Virus record (IMG/VR): IMGVR_UViG_3300008119_000003 | Location: 32,001-96,000 of that record | DNA length: 64,000 bases | Direction: 5' to 3' (one strand) | Origin: a virus | In this document: one piece after another, positions 53,165 through 63,215 of the stretch | Layout: every line of letters starts with the position of its first letter | How positions within the stretch are numbered: the stretch's first letter is position 1 | Notes under the pieces: generated by a model | What the model saw: the letters and a program-made list of their open reading frames with translations, nothing else | Told to the model about the DNA's origin: nothing | The model's database searches: none | Program-made: the position numbers and the translations under genes

Positions 53165-55180
53165 ATGGCTTATTTTAATCATGCGTTCCAGAAAGCGTTC
53201 ATCGGAACAAGCGCTTTCAACATGAATGCTAGCAGCTCTAACGTAGCACCATATGTGTCTGCGGCTGGAGCAACATCGTCCGGGACCACCATTACGGTTG
53301 GTTCAACCACTAACCTTACTGTTGGTATGCAGGTAACTGTAACAGCGGGTCTTGGTAATTTTGGCGTAGGTACATTTGTAACTGCAATTGTATCTGCTAC
53401 AGTATTTACTGTTAACGTTGCTCCAGTTGTAGCCCTTTCAGGCGGTGCTTCTGTAGTTAGCGGTTTCTTCTCAAGTATGTCTCAGCCTACTGGCGGATTT
53501 ACTTTTGTTGATCCTAACACTTTGCAAACTCCAATTATTGACAACGCTACCATTGCTTCACACGGTCTTAAGTGTCCACTTGTATTAGCTTCTGGTTCTG
53601 TTCACGGACAATGGACCGCAGGTAAAGACAAAGTTGGTCCTTTCCACGGTGGATATTCTGAGTCTATCAAGTCTAAGACTATTAACCCTAAATATGTTAG
53701 CAACTTCTACCGTGTAGATTCTTGCCCAGCGCAACAAGCTCAAGTAACTGTAGGTTTGACTACTAGTACTCCAATTGTTCTTACAAGTGTTTCATCTTCT
53801 TCTACAACTATTACAGTATCTTCTACTGCTGGTATCTTACCAGGTATGACAATTGCTGTTGTATCAGGAACAGGTACTCTTGCTACTTCAGTAAATGCTA
53901 ACGTTGTACAAGCTGTAACTGGAACAACTACATTTACAATTTTAACTGCTCCAACTGTAGCATTAAGTTCTGCAACAATCTCTGTATCTAGCGCTCTTAC
54001 TGCAACTTGTCCACAAGAATACTTGTGCGGAGAGACTTATAGCTTGCGCGTTGACCTTAAAGGTTCTCCAGCATTGCGTTTCTTAACTCGTAACTCTTAC
54101 TATACAGCTTCTGCTTATACCGGATGTTGCCCAACAGGTTCTCTTGCTCCAACAGCTGTTAACCCATTGATTGTTTACGTTAACTGGGCTTACCAATTGT
54201 TGAACTCTCCTTTGATCGGCCCATTCATTCAAGTACAAGTTACTTACTCTACTGACTTAGGTGTAACATTTGCAGCTCTTGGTGACGGTACTAACTCTGC
54301 TGCTAACTTAGCTTTATTGCAAAGTTATGTACTAGGTAATACTGCTCTTCCAAGTAATACTACTTCAGCAAGTTTGACTCAAGCTGGTATCATTATCAAT
54401 GGTGCTTATGCTGATACTCGTTTCTTAGATTGTACTTTCTACCCTAACGATTCTATTATTGCATTCTTGGAGCCAATTCAAGTTTATGCTTCTGAAGTAG
54501 ATTTGAACGGAGATCCTTGTACTTTCTCTGGAGTTTGTGTAAACAACAGCTGTAAAGCTATCCAACAAAAAGGAACTGGTGAGAACATCATCCGTAGCGT
54601 AATCATGACGCAGGCTTATAGCCAAGATCCTTTCTACAATGGTCAAGATCTACGTATTCGTGAGATTACTAACGGTAATGACGTTTACGGTACTATTAAC
54701 CGTAACTCTCAGTACTCTCGTTACTACTTACAACACAGCGTACCACGTTTCAACAATCCTACTGGAACATTTGATAACGAACAGTACTTGTTGGAAATCA
54801 TTGCTCCCGCTACCGTAAGCTTAACTACTAGCGCATCTGTTGCTACTGGTGCTCAGAACTTAACTGCAAGTAACATCATTAACTTCACTACTAGCGGTGT
54901 AGTAACTGGTTATGTAGCAACAATTACTTACTTCCCTCCTGGATCAACTACAACAGCTACTATTACTGGTACTGTTACGGTTAGTGCAGGTAACATAGCA
55001 ATTACAGTAGCAACAGCTGCTATTCCTGCTGGATCAGTAATTACTTTCCAAGCTGCATTTACTAAGAACTTTGAAGACTTCACAAACCGTTGGATTGCGA
55101 ATGCTCAAGGAGCTTCATGTGTTGCACTAAACGTGCATAACTGCCCAGTAGCTTGTGCTGTAATTCCTGCTAACCCATAA
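53165..55180 (+). CDS. Abundant virion structural protein (auxiliary capsid or fibre) with inserted beta repeats
   Basis: MAYFNHAF start, HGGYSES.KSK.INP, HSVPRFNNPTGTFDN; biased codons and own terminator. Confidence 0.7.
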   Translation: MAYFNHAFQKAFIGTSAFNMNASSSNVAPYVSAAGATSSGTTITVGSTTNLTVGMQVTVTAGLGNFGVGTFVTAIVSATVFTVNVAPVVALSGGASVVSGFFSSMSQPTGGFTFVDPNTLQTPIIDNATIASHGLKCPLVLASGSVHGQWTAGKDKVGPFHGGYSESIKSKTINPKYVSNFYRVDSCPAQQAQVTVGLTTSTPIVLTSVSSSSTTITVSSTAGILPGMTIAVVSGTGTLATSVNANVVQAVTGTTTFTILTAPTVALSSATISVSSALTATCPQEYLCGETYSLRVDLKGSPALRFLTRNSYYTASAYTGCCPTGSLAPTAVNPLIVYVNWAYQLLNSPLIGPFIQVQVTYSTDLGVTFAALGDGTNSAANLALLQSYVLGNTALPSNTTSASLTQAGIIINGAYADTRFLDCTFYPNDSIIAFLEPIQVYASEVDLNGDPCTFSGVCVNNSCKAIQQKGTGENIIRSVIMTQAYSQDPFYNGQDLRIREITNGNDVYGTINRNSQYSRYYLQHSVPRFNNPTGTFDNEQYLLEIIAPATVSLTTSASVATGAQNLTASNIINFTTSGVVTGYVATITYFPPGSTTTATITGTVTVSAGNIAITVATAAIPAGSVITFQAAFTKNFEDFTNRWIANAQGASCVALNVHNCPVACAVIPANP

Positions 55181-55195
55181 GGTTAACTAATATTT

Positions 55196-55234
55196 AAAAA
55201 AAAGGGGAGGGACAAAAATCCCCTCCCTTTTTTT
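55196..55234 (+). terminator. Intrinsic (bidirectional) terminator
   Basis: A8-GGGGAGGGA...TCCCCTCCC-T7. Confidence 0.75.
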
Positions 55235-55266
55235 ATTTTTACACTATATCTTTGTAACTTAGTACT

Positions 55267-55839
55267 ATGGCACAACACCTATTATCTTTAGATATTCCAG
55301 ATACGTTAACTACTTGCGTAATACGTATAGTAGACACAAGTACGTATAATATTAACGTACCTATTGAATGCCCTCGTTTAGAGATTACTTGCCCTGGTTT
55401 TACTACGGCTTCTGTATTTGAAGATCTTGGTACTGTTAGCACTACAAGTAGTTTTGATGTTAATATTACAGCCTGCGGCTTAGATACACAAACTACTAAT
55501 TGTGATAGTTACAGAAACAATGTTACAGATGGGGTTTATGTTATCAGATATAGCGTAGCCCCACACCAATTAGTTTTTGTGGAATATAACCATCTGAGAA
55601 CAACAGATGCAATGAATAAAATCAACGAACTTCTATGCTGCCTAGATGTTCCTAATTGTGAGCCTCAAGCTCCAATTAAAGCTAAGTTACAAGAAGTGCA
55701 ACTTCTTACAACTATGCTTAAAGCAGCAAAAGCTAAAGTAGAATATTGCCATGAGCCTTCACAAGGTATGGCTATTTATAATTACGTAATTACAAGATTA
55801 AATAAATTATCTTGTGGATGCGGATGTGGAACATGCTAA
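55267..55839 (+). CDS. Cys-rich virion protein
   Basis: DTSTY...DGVYVIRYSVAP; preceded by TATCTTTG at 55247. Confidence 0.65.
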   Translation: MAQHLLSLDIPDTLTTCVIRIVDTSTYNINVPIECPRLEITCPGFTTASVFEDLGTVSTTSSFDVNITACGLDTQTTNCDSYRNNVTDGVYVIRYSVAPHQLVFVEYNHLRTTDAMNKINELLCCLDVPNCEPQAPIKAKLQEVQLLTTMLKAAKAKVEYCHEPSQGMAIYNYVITRLNKLSCGCGCGTC

Positions 55840-55861
55840 TTTTTTTAAAAACCAATATATT

Positions 55862-56014
55862 ATGTCAATAGCAAAATGTTCAAACTGTGGAAACGCTATG
55901 TCTTGCGGATGTCAAAGAAGAGTAACAGCTGACGGAAGACAAGGATGTACGAATTGTATTAACCAATTACAGGCTCAGCCCGCCCCAAGGCCTGCTCAGC
56001 CGCAAAAAAATTAA
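55862..56014 (+). CDS. Small Cys-rich protein (50 aa)
   Basis: CSNCG..MSCGCQ...GCTNC. Confidence 0.65.
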   Translation: MSIAKCSNCGNAMSCGCQRRVTADGRQGCTNCINQLQAQPAPRPAQPQKN

Positions 56015-56017
56015 AGA

Positions 56018-58879
56018 ATGGCATTATTTGGTAAAACGTATTTAACAGGAGATAGCGGCCTTTTTAGAGTTTATAACCATTCTACTGAGTTATGGACAGA
56101 CTATAGTGGCTTTACATCCGTAGATCTTTATGATGTTAAAACTGATAAGTTTTATCTAAATCCTGATTATGCTATTATATGTGGCGTAAATTATATTGGC
56201 TATACGAGTAATGCTGGAGCACTAGTTACACAAGTAACTCCACCTGTAGGTAGTATTACATCGGCTTACCAAATATCTATTCCTGAAGGAACCATACCAG
56301 GTACTACCTTATATCCCCCAGCTATCTATATAGCCGGTAGCAGAACAGCGGGTTTACCAGGAGTAATAAAATCTACAGACGGCGGCCTTACTTATACAAT
56401 TGTAACAGGAGGCTTAAATATACTATTTGGTAATACTGCTAGAAGTATATATTTTTCAAGTGCTGATTATGGAATTCTAGGTCATGGCGGAGCAATTGCT
56501 TTTACAGTAAATGGAGGAGCCAGCTGGTCATATTTAAATGGAGGTTTAGTTCTTGCTGTTGGTGAAACTGTATCAGGCTTATTAATGAGTCAGGATCAGC
56601 AAACTATTATTGCAGCAACTGATAAAAAAATATATAGGAGTACAAACGGTGGAACAAGCTTCTCAGTTGTATATACCTGGGTAGATCCTGATTATTACAC
56701 GGTATCTCCAAAATACACTACTCTGACGCAATATAATATTAACGGTGGCGAATTAGATAATAATTCGCACATATGGGTATCAGGAGGAAACGGTCCTATA
56801 TTATACAGTTCAGACATTGGAGTAACGTGGTCAACAGTATTTCCTGGACAAACTATTGGTGATGATAATCGACAGATGTTTGGTGCAAGTTTTTATTCTC
56901 AAAATGAAGGATTTTTTACATATGATAAACCAGCCGACTCTCTAGGTCTTGTTTATAAAGCAACTAATGCGAATACATCAATTTCAACAACATCCTCTAA
57001 TGTATATTTTCCAGATTATGACAACGGTTACTCTTTATGGACTACAAAACTAATAGAGGGTTGTGGATGTGAACCTGGATTCTTTTGGGATGAAGCTTCT
57101 CAACAATGTATTACACATACCCCAATGTGCCCAGAGGGTATGATTTATAATCCAGATAATGATCAATGTGAAGGCACAATTCCAGGATGTGAGACAGACA
57201 TAGCGATAGTTATAGATGTATCAGGATCAATCAGCCTAACTGAAATGCCGGAGTATAAGAATATGCTTCGCGGTATTATAGACGGTCTAGAAATGGGCTA
57301 TGATATTAATGGTAATTTAAACACTATTGCTAATAGTCTGGGAAGAATTACTTCTGGAGAAATTAGAGTAGGGCTAGTATTTTTTGCAACTGATACATCT
57401 ACTCCTGTTGGTGGAGTTAGTTTAAATTATGGTCCTGCCGCATGGCAAGCAGGTGGAGCTAATAACTCTCCCGCAGGTACCGTAGCTAATCCTGGATCTC
57501 TTAAAGCTGCAATTAATAGCATGGGGATTCCACCTAGTAATATAAGTAATATTCCACCTGATAGTATAGACCCATATGGGATACCTTATACTGAGGGTAT
57601 TTTATTTACAAACAGCTTTGCTGGTTTAGGCAGGGGCTATGATGTCGTATGGGGATTTAATAGTCGATCTGGGGCAAATAAAAAAATATTATTTGTAACA
57701 GATGGTTGGCCAAATTATATTAATCCTACCGCTTTATTAAGCAATTATGGAGTAACGCTCCCCCCTATAATAACATCCTTTGGTACAACTCCGGGACTTC
57801 CTGTATGCGGGGCAGACGGTACAAATGATATTAATAGCGTTATCCAAGCCACTTATCAAGAAAGAAGACTTGCTGATTACATTGCTACAATGGATTTAGC
57901 TCAGGAAATTAAGGCGGGTACAGCTAGTACAGCTACGGGAGCATCTGCTGGAGCTACAGATATAACATTAATAATTACTGGAGAAACACTAGAACAAAAT
58001 GTTACTAAAGCAGCTTTTGTTGGAATAGACCCAACTGATTCAGGAACAGCATGTTATTTAGATACATCATCTATTTTCGGAGTTGGCTACGATTCAAATA
58101 AAGATAATGCTGGAATAGATGTTGCCTCCCCTATAAATGTAGGCGACTGTCCGAGTTGGAATGGTAGCTATACAACATGGGATAAATTCCCAAGCAATGC
58201 TGTTTCTGGCTTACCGGATTATTTCCAAGTAGATCTTATACCTAGCGCCTATGCTAATATAGGATCTTTTATAGCACCGTCTTTAATTTGTGCTACTACA
58301 GCTTCTGCTCTTACTTGCACAAATCCTTGTCAAATAGTACAGGACCCTACAACAGCCGTTTATTATTGCGACTGCGTATCTACTACGCCTTTTAATACTT
58401 GCTGCTATGATTTAATCAATTGCGCTGATAATACTGTTTACGCATCCGTAAATACTACTGGTCAGAGCGTTGATTTTATGGCTCAGTTTATAGGTCAATA
58501 TATATTTATAGAAGGAGTTGCGGCATGTCTTTATGTAACGTTAAATAGCGGATGCACAAGCTCTACTACATTAAATGTTACTGTAGACCAAATTACCGCA
58601 TATGTAGACTGCGTAAGTTGTAACGAAGTTGAGGAAGTTGACCCTTACTATAACTTATATAATTGCTCAGATCCAGGTACTGTGGTATTTCAGACTACTA
58701 CGGATTTGTCATCTTATATAACAGATGGAGCAAATGAAATGACCCCTATATTAACTTTTGTAGAGTACCCTGATTTATGTTTTACTGTAGAACAAACATT
58801 TACATTCCTCCCTCAAGTTGATGTAACTGTAGATGTAGCTTATAACGATTGTCCAACCTGTTTATCTTATCTCTGCTGA
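56018..58879 (+). CDS. Large virion protein: BNR/Asp-box propeller, vWA domain and Cys-rich repeats
   Basis: Asp-boxes STDGGLTY, STNGGTSF, SSDIGVTW; MIDAS IDVSGS and FVTDG; Y.L.NC...C..C repeats. Confidence 0.75.
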   Translation: MALFGKTYLTGDSGLFRVYNHSTELWTDYSGFTSVDLYDVKTDKFYLNPDYAIICGVNYIGYTSNAGALVTQVTPPVGSITSAYQISIPEGTIPGTTLYPPAIYIAGSRTAGLPGVIKSTDGGLTYTIVTGGLNILFGNTARSIYFSSADYGILGHGGAIAFTVNGGASWSYLNGGLVLAVGETVSGLLMSQDQQTIIAATDKKIYRSTNGGTSFSVVYTWVDPDYYTVSPKYTTLTQYNINGGELDNNSHIWVSGGNGPILYSSDIGVTWSTVFPGQTIGDDNRQMFGASFYSQNEGFFTYDKPADSLGLVYKATNANTSISTTSSNVYFPDYDNGYSLWTTKLIEGCGCEPGFFWDEASQQCITHTPMCPEGMIYNPDNDQCEGTIPGCETDIAIVIDVSGSISLTEMPEYKNMLRGIIDGLEMGYDINGNLNTIANSLGRITSGEIRVGLVFFATDTSTPVGGVSLNYGPAAWQAGGANNSPAGTVANPGSLKAAINSMGIPPSNISNIPPDSIDPYGIPYTEGILFTNSFAGLGRGYDVVWGFNSRSGANKKILFVTDGWPNYINPTALLSNYGVTLPPIITSFGTTPGLPVCGADGTNDINSVIQATYQERRLADYIATMDLAQEIKAGTASTATGASAGATDITLIITGETLEQNVTKAAFVGIDPTDSGTACYLDTSSIFGVGYDSNKDNAGIDVASPINVGDCPSWNGSYTTWDKFPSNAVSGLPDYFQVDLIPSAYANIGSFIAPSLICATTASALTCTNPCQIVQDPTTAVYYCDCVSTTPFNTCCYDLINCADNTVYASVNTTGQSVDFMAQFIGQYIFIEGVAACLYVTLNSGCTSSTTLNVTVDQITAYVDCVSCNEVEEVDPYYNLYNCSDPGTVVFQTTTDLSSYITDGANEMTPILTFVEYPDLCFTVEQTFTFLPQVDVTVDVAYNDCPTCLSYLC

Positions 58880-58881
58880 TT

Positions 58882-59739
58882 ATGATTGTAATGTGCTGTT
58901 TAAAAGCAATTAATTGCGATACCGGAGCTGTAGTATGGATCAATATTGGTCCAGAAGGAGCACCATCATATATTGCATGGGATGCTGAAATTGGTAATAA
59001 CTTTACCACAACTGATCCCTTACTACCAGGAACCTGGATAGTAGATTCAATCTGCTGCAGCGGCAGCTGTCCAGGTTATTTAACAAACTGTCAAGTAGGG
59101 GCAATTGTAATAGATCTTTCTTCTGTAACTTTTGGTGCAGCCGGTTGCCCTGTGGCAAGTATCCAATTACTTAATTGTCAAGACGGTACATCATTATTTG
59201 TTGACGGTATTGATTTTAGTTATGTAGGTTCTGTAATAACTATTGAAGAATATCCCGGTTGTTGGGAAGTTATAGATGCTGCGGTTGTACCTGATGAAAC
59301 AGTAACATTCTTAAATGGATTTACAGATTGTACTTGCTGTTTAGGGGAAGTATATCCGCCACCGCCGCCACCTCCTCCTCCGCCACCGCCAGATCCAGAG
59401 ATAGATCCAGAACCACCTGTAATAGTAGTAGTTCCTGGACCTGGAGCTGTAGCACAGGAAGTATCGGAACTTCAAGCAGCAACTACTCCTGCATCACCTA
59501 GATTATTTTATCAGGTTACACAAGGAGCATGTGATATTAAGGCTAATGTTAAGTTTGCTAATGGTTATTATAAGCTATTCTTAGGTCTTAAGAATGGATA
59601 CGGTAACTGTTGCGATACGATCGACCTAGATAAACTATGGATTAAGAAAGAACAATCTGACTATTCCGTAATGAATGATCCAAATGCTTGTAGCACGCCT
59701 GCAGAGGTAACGCCAATTATTTGCCCAGAACCTAGCTAA
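58882..59739 (+). CDS. Cys-rich repeat protein with polyproline tract; may be the C-terminal continuation of 56018-58879
   Basis: Same L.NC...C..C repeats; P12 tract near 59356-59391; first ATG at 58882. Confidence 0.65.
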   Translation: MIVMCCLKAINCDTGAVVWINIGPEGAPSYIAWDAEIGNNFTTTDPLLPGTWIVDSICCSGSCPGYLTNCQVGAIVIDLSSVTFGAAGCPVASIQLLNCQDGTSLFVDGIDFSYVGSVITIEEYPGCWEVIDAAVVPDETVTFLNGFTDCTCCLGEVYPPPPPPPPPPPPDPEIDPEPPVIVVVPGPGAVAQEVSELQAATTPASPRLFYQVTQGACDIKANVKFANGYYKLFLGLKNGYGNCCDTIDLDKLWIKKEQSDYSVMNDPNACSTPAEVTPIICPEPS

Positions 59740-59767
59740 TTAAATAAAAATTTTGTAAATTATATAT

Positions 59768-61246
59768 ATGGCACTTCCATTAGAACCTACGAATACACAG
59801 AGAAGCTGTACGCCTATCTCTAGTAACTGCGTTACCTGGCAAGGTCCAGATATCTCATGTATAAACTTATGCAGAGGAGATAGTATCTCCGACGTAACAT
59901 ATAAGATGGCTGTACAGTTATGTACTCTTCTTGATGATTTAAAAGTATCAGGATTTGACGTAGATTGTTTCCCTCCTATTTCACCAAAACCGGAGAGTGT
60001 AAAAGACATTATTCAGTTTATCTTAGACCAGATTTGTATTTTACAGGGTAATACACCTACGCCTTCAACAACAACTAAGGCAAGTGTTGTAAGTACTGAG
60101 CTAGTTCCTGTTCCAGCATGTTTACAATTTCCTAATCCATTAGGCGATATGGTAGTTCAGCTACCCGTATACGATTTTGCTACGCTTATTGGTAATACTG
60201 TTTGTGGAATCATAGATGGTACAGTAACTATAAACAGAACCCTTTCTGTACACACTAAAGAGATTAGTTCTATATCACAAGTTGTATTTCCAGCAGGGGG
60301 ATTAGTTAAATCTGTAAAAGATCAGATAATTATTCCTGAAGGCGCATGCACACTACCTGGTAGCACTAATATTCCTATAGTAGATTTTATTGAAGTATTT
60401 GAAGCAGACTTTTGTGCTTTACAAAATGCTACAGGAGACATTAATGCTATTAACTCGGCTATTAGCCAACAATGTATTAATCTTGATACTTCACCTACCT
60501 TAAGTAATCCTAAAATCTCTATGGCCGGTTTACCAGGATGGTTAGGCGCAGGAGATGTTAATACTATGGCAGCAGCCGTAAATAACCTATGGGTTACTTT
60601 ATGCGATATGCGTTCTGCTTTACAAAACGTAGTTACAAATTGCTGCAACACTAGTTGTGATGCTGTTGAAATTAGGATGGATGCATCATTTGATAGCCCT
60701 AATATCGACCTTGCATTTACAGGATCAGTAGGATCTTTTGTAGACTGTTTTGCAGACGGTATGTTTGTTACTATTACAGATGCCTTTGGTTTGACTTACA
60801 CTGAGCAAGTTTCAGTAATTCCTAGTCTTGGTGGATCTGTTCAAAGTATCGATTTATCATCTAGCCTACTAAACTTATATACAGACTATACCGTTAAACT
60901 AGATGTATGTGCTTCTAATGGAGATATTACATGTAACAAGTGTTTAACAGTAGGAGTAGAGAATTCTAATACTTGTCCAGCTATGAGCTACTCTATAGGA
61001 TCACCTTATGATTACATAGACTTTAGCTTTACTAATGCTATTGCCGGAGGTGTAACATACATTGTAGAATGTTGGAATAGCGGTATAACTGCTGTAGTAA
61101 CAACTGCTACTATTGTAAATCCATCGACAGGTACTGTAAGCGGAAGACTGGAGGGGCTTGCTGGTACAACATACCAGGTTAGAGTAAGAGTTATTATAGG
61201 CGGTCTTATCAAAGACTGTGATTATCAAACAGTAGTGGTCGACTAA
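59768..61246 (+). CDS. Cys-rich virion protein with C-terminal Ig/FN3-like domains
   Basis: CTPISSNCVTWQGPDISC; NNLWVTLCDMR; TTYQVRVR. Confidence 0.65.
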   Translation: MALPLEPTNTQRSCTPISSNCVTWQGPDISCINLCRGDSISDVTYKMAVQLCTLLDDLKVSGFDVDCFPPISPKPESVKDIIQFILDQICILQGNTPTPSTTTKASVVSTELVPVPACLQFPNPLGDMVVQLPVYDFATLIGNTVCGIIDGTVTINRTLSVHTKEISSISQVVFPAGGLVKSVKDQIIIPEGACTLPGSTNIPIVDFIEVFEADFCALQNATGDINAINSAISQQCINLDTSPTLSNPKISMAGLPGWLGAGDVNTMAAAVNNLWVTLCDMRSALQNVVTNCCNTSCDAVEIRMDASFDSPNIDLAFTGSVGSFVDCFADGMFVTITDAFGLTYTEQVSVIPSLGGSVQSIDLSSSLLNLYTDYTVKLDVCASNGDITCNKCLTVGVENSNTCPAMSYSIGSPYDYIDFSFTNAIAGGVTYIVECWNSGITAVVTTATIVNPSTGTVSGRLEGLAGTTYQVRVRVIIGGLIKDCDYQTVVVD

Positions 61247-61258
61247 TAAACTAAAAAT

Positions 61259-61816
61259 ATGGCTTGCACAACTTGCGGTTCTAATACCGTATCATCAAAT
61301 AAAACATGCGGTTGTAAGGATTTACCCCTTACAACTGCTGCTACTTTTACATGTCCTCCTGATATAACTTGCCCAGATCCAACTCCATGCTATGAGACTA
61401 TTCAAGATACCTGTGTAAAACACAGCTCTCTATATTCTATATATCAGTTTGGTAATACGATAAATGATAATGGTTATTATCCAGCATTACCTGCAGGAGC
61501 ATCTTTAGAGAATGCTTATCAGGCTATGTCTGTACAAAGTTGGGATATAGATTGTCTTCCTCCAATTAATGTTCACCCTAGTTATGTAGGCACAACTACT
61601 ATTATTCTTAACTGGGAACTTACTGGAGCTGATTATTATAATGTAAGTTATGGTACAATACCGGGTATATGGACAACAACTTCTAACTTAACAACTAATA
61701 GTTATACCCTTACCTTACTTAATCCAAATACCAGTTATTATTTTATGGTAACAACCAACTGTGTTGACGATGACGCCAATTCTGATAGCGCTATTATAAT
61801 CATTAAAACATTATAG
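61259..61816 (+). CDS. Cys-rich protein with FN3 domain
   Basis: TTTIILNW...YNVSY...LNPNTSYYFMVTTNC. Confidence 0.7.
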   Translation: MACTTCGSNTVSSNKTCGCKDLPLTTAATFTCPPDITCPDPTPCYETIQDTCVKHSSLYSIYQFGNTINDNGYYPALPAGASLENAYQAMSVQSWDIDCLPPINVHPSYVGTTTIILNWELTGADYYNVSYGTIPGIWTTTSNLTTNSYTLTLLNPNTSYYFMVTTNCVDDDANSDSAIIIIKTL

Positions 61817-61850
61817 TCCACGTTTGTTGGTTTAGCGTGACTAAACAAGA

Positions 61851-61882
61851 GAGACCCTCAGGCAAAGGCTTGGGGGTTTTTC
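61851..61882 (+). terminator. Intrinsic terminator
   Basis: GAGACCCTCAGG/CTTGGGGGTTTT stem with G-U pairs and a T tract. Confidence 0.6.
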
Positions 61883-61956
61883 ACTATATTTGTTTAGTAT
61901 TCAATGATGTATTACTTTTAAAGCTAGAATAAATTTCGTAAATTGTACTAAGGCGT

Positions 61957-62544
61957 ATGCAGAATTTTAAAAAACCAGACCTCAATGCCCCGCGATATAG
62001 AGCCCCAAAAGTTAAGTTAATTACTAAACAGTATCTTAAAGACTTTAAAGCTAAGTATCCAGAACATAAAGACGTTGACTACGCGTTAACTAAAAAAATA
62101 GTAAAGGCTTTTAACGAAAAGCTTTGGAGAGAAACTATTGAAAATAGAGATGGTATAGAGTTACCTGAGAACCTAGGTTATTTATTTATAGGGGCTTGCC
62201 AGCAACCTACTAAGGAAAACATAGATTATGGTAAGTCAATTAAATACGGTGTTAGAGTTACTCATAAGAACTGGGATACAGATGGTTACATTAGTAAGAT
62301 ATTCTATAGTAACTATCAGTCTCGATATAAATTACGGGACAGGGTTCTATGGGGATTTACCGCAAACCGATATTTTAAACGAGCTGTTACTAAAGAGTTT
62401 CGAGATAACTGGAAGAAGTTTATAGTAATAGATAAGATGTTTACAGTATCAAAGCTCTTTGATAAAGCAAGTATGAAGAATCGAATAGCTAGACAGACAA
62501 AAGAAAAGTTAAAAGAATATAACGAATTTGATCTAGAAGATTAA
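61957..62544 (+). CDS. HU/IHF-like protein (crAss-like)
   Basis: KIVKAFNEKLWRETIENRDGIELPENLGYLF...FTANRYFKRAV. Confidence 0.55.
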   Translation: MQNFKKPDLNAPRYRAPKVKLITKQYLKDFKAKYPEHKDVDYALTKKIVKAFNEKLWRETIENRDGIELPENLGYLFIGACQQPTKENIDYGKSIKYGVRVTHKNWDTDGYISKIFYSNYQSRYKLRDRVLWGFTANRYFKRAVTKEFRDNWKKFIVIDKMFTVSKLFDKASMKNRIARQTKEKLKEYNEFDLED

Positions 62545-62546
62545 TT

Positions 62547-63215
62547 ATGAAAACAGTAGGAGAAGCAGTATCTCGCGTTAGAAATATTATTAAGGCCGTA
62601 GACATGGATGATTTTATCACTGACCGTGTTATCTATAGCCTTATAATGAAATACGCAGGGATGTACATTAAGCGTCAAAGTAATCAGGGAACTGGAACAA
62701 AGTTCTCTAGTATGTTTAAACGTTTACCATGTATACCACTTATCGATGTTGATAAAGTAGAAGCATGCTGCGAACCTAGATCGGGTTGTACAATTAAACG
62801 TACACAAACTAGAATACCGAATGTAATGGAAGGACCTCAAGGACCATTATTACGTACTGTAACATCTATGGATGGTTTTACTGAGGCCTATCGGACAACT
62901 CCTACTTTATATAATAGTATGAGTAAAACATCTGCATTCAAGTATAACAAAAATACTTATTTCTGGCTTATGGATGATTATATATACATTCCTAATGTTG
63001 AATGGGAAGGTTTATCCGTAGAGGGGATTTTTGATGCAGGAGTTATGGGATTTAGTTGTGAAGATCCTTGTATGCAACGTCAACAAGAATTACTAGGAAT
63101 ACCTCCCGAACTTTTTGCAGAGATAGAACAACAGGTTGTTAACGATTTCCTTAAATCTGCTCAAATACCTCAAGATCAATTTATTTCAGATAAACAATCT
63201 ATATATAGATCATGA
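62547..63215 (+). CDS. Putative tail ring or structural protein
   Basis: DDFITDRVI...YFWLMDDYIYIPN...VEGIF. Confidence 0.55.
   Translation: MKTVGEAVSRVRNIIKAVDMDDFITDRVIYSLIMKYAGMYIKRQSNQGTGTKFSSMFKRLPCIPLIDVDKVEACCEPRSGCTIKRTQTRIPNVMEGPQGPLLRTVTSMDGFTEAYRTTPTLYNSMSKTSAFKYNKNTYFWLMDDYIYIPNVEWEGLSVEGIFDAGVMGFSCEDPCMQRQQELLGIPPELFAEIEQQVVNDFLKSAQIPQDQFISDKQSIYRS

Noticed and set aside
59356-59391. CCG/CCA/CCT-rich tract as a DNA microsatellite
   Set aside because: Mixed codons encode a polyproline linker, so it is a protein-level feature.
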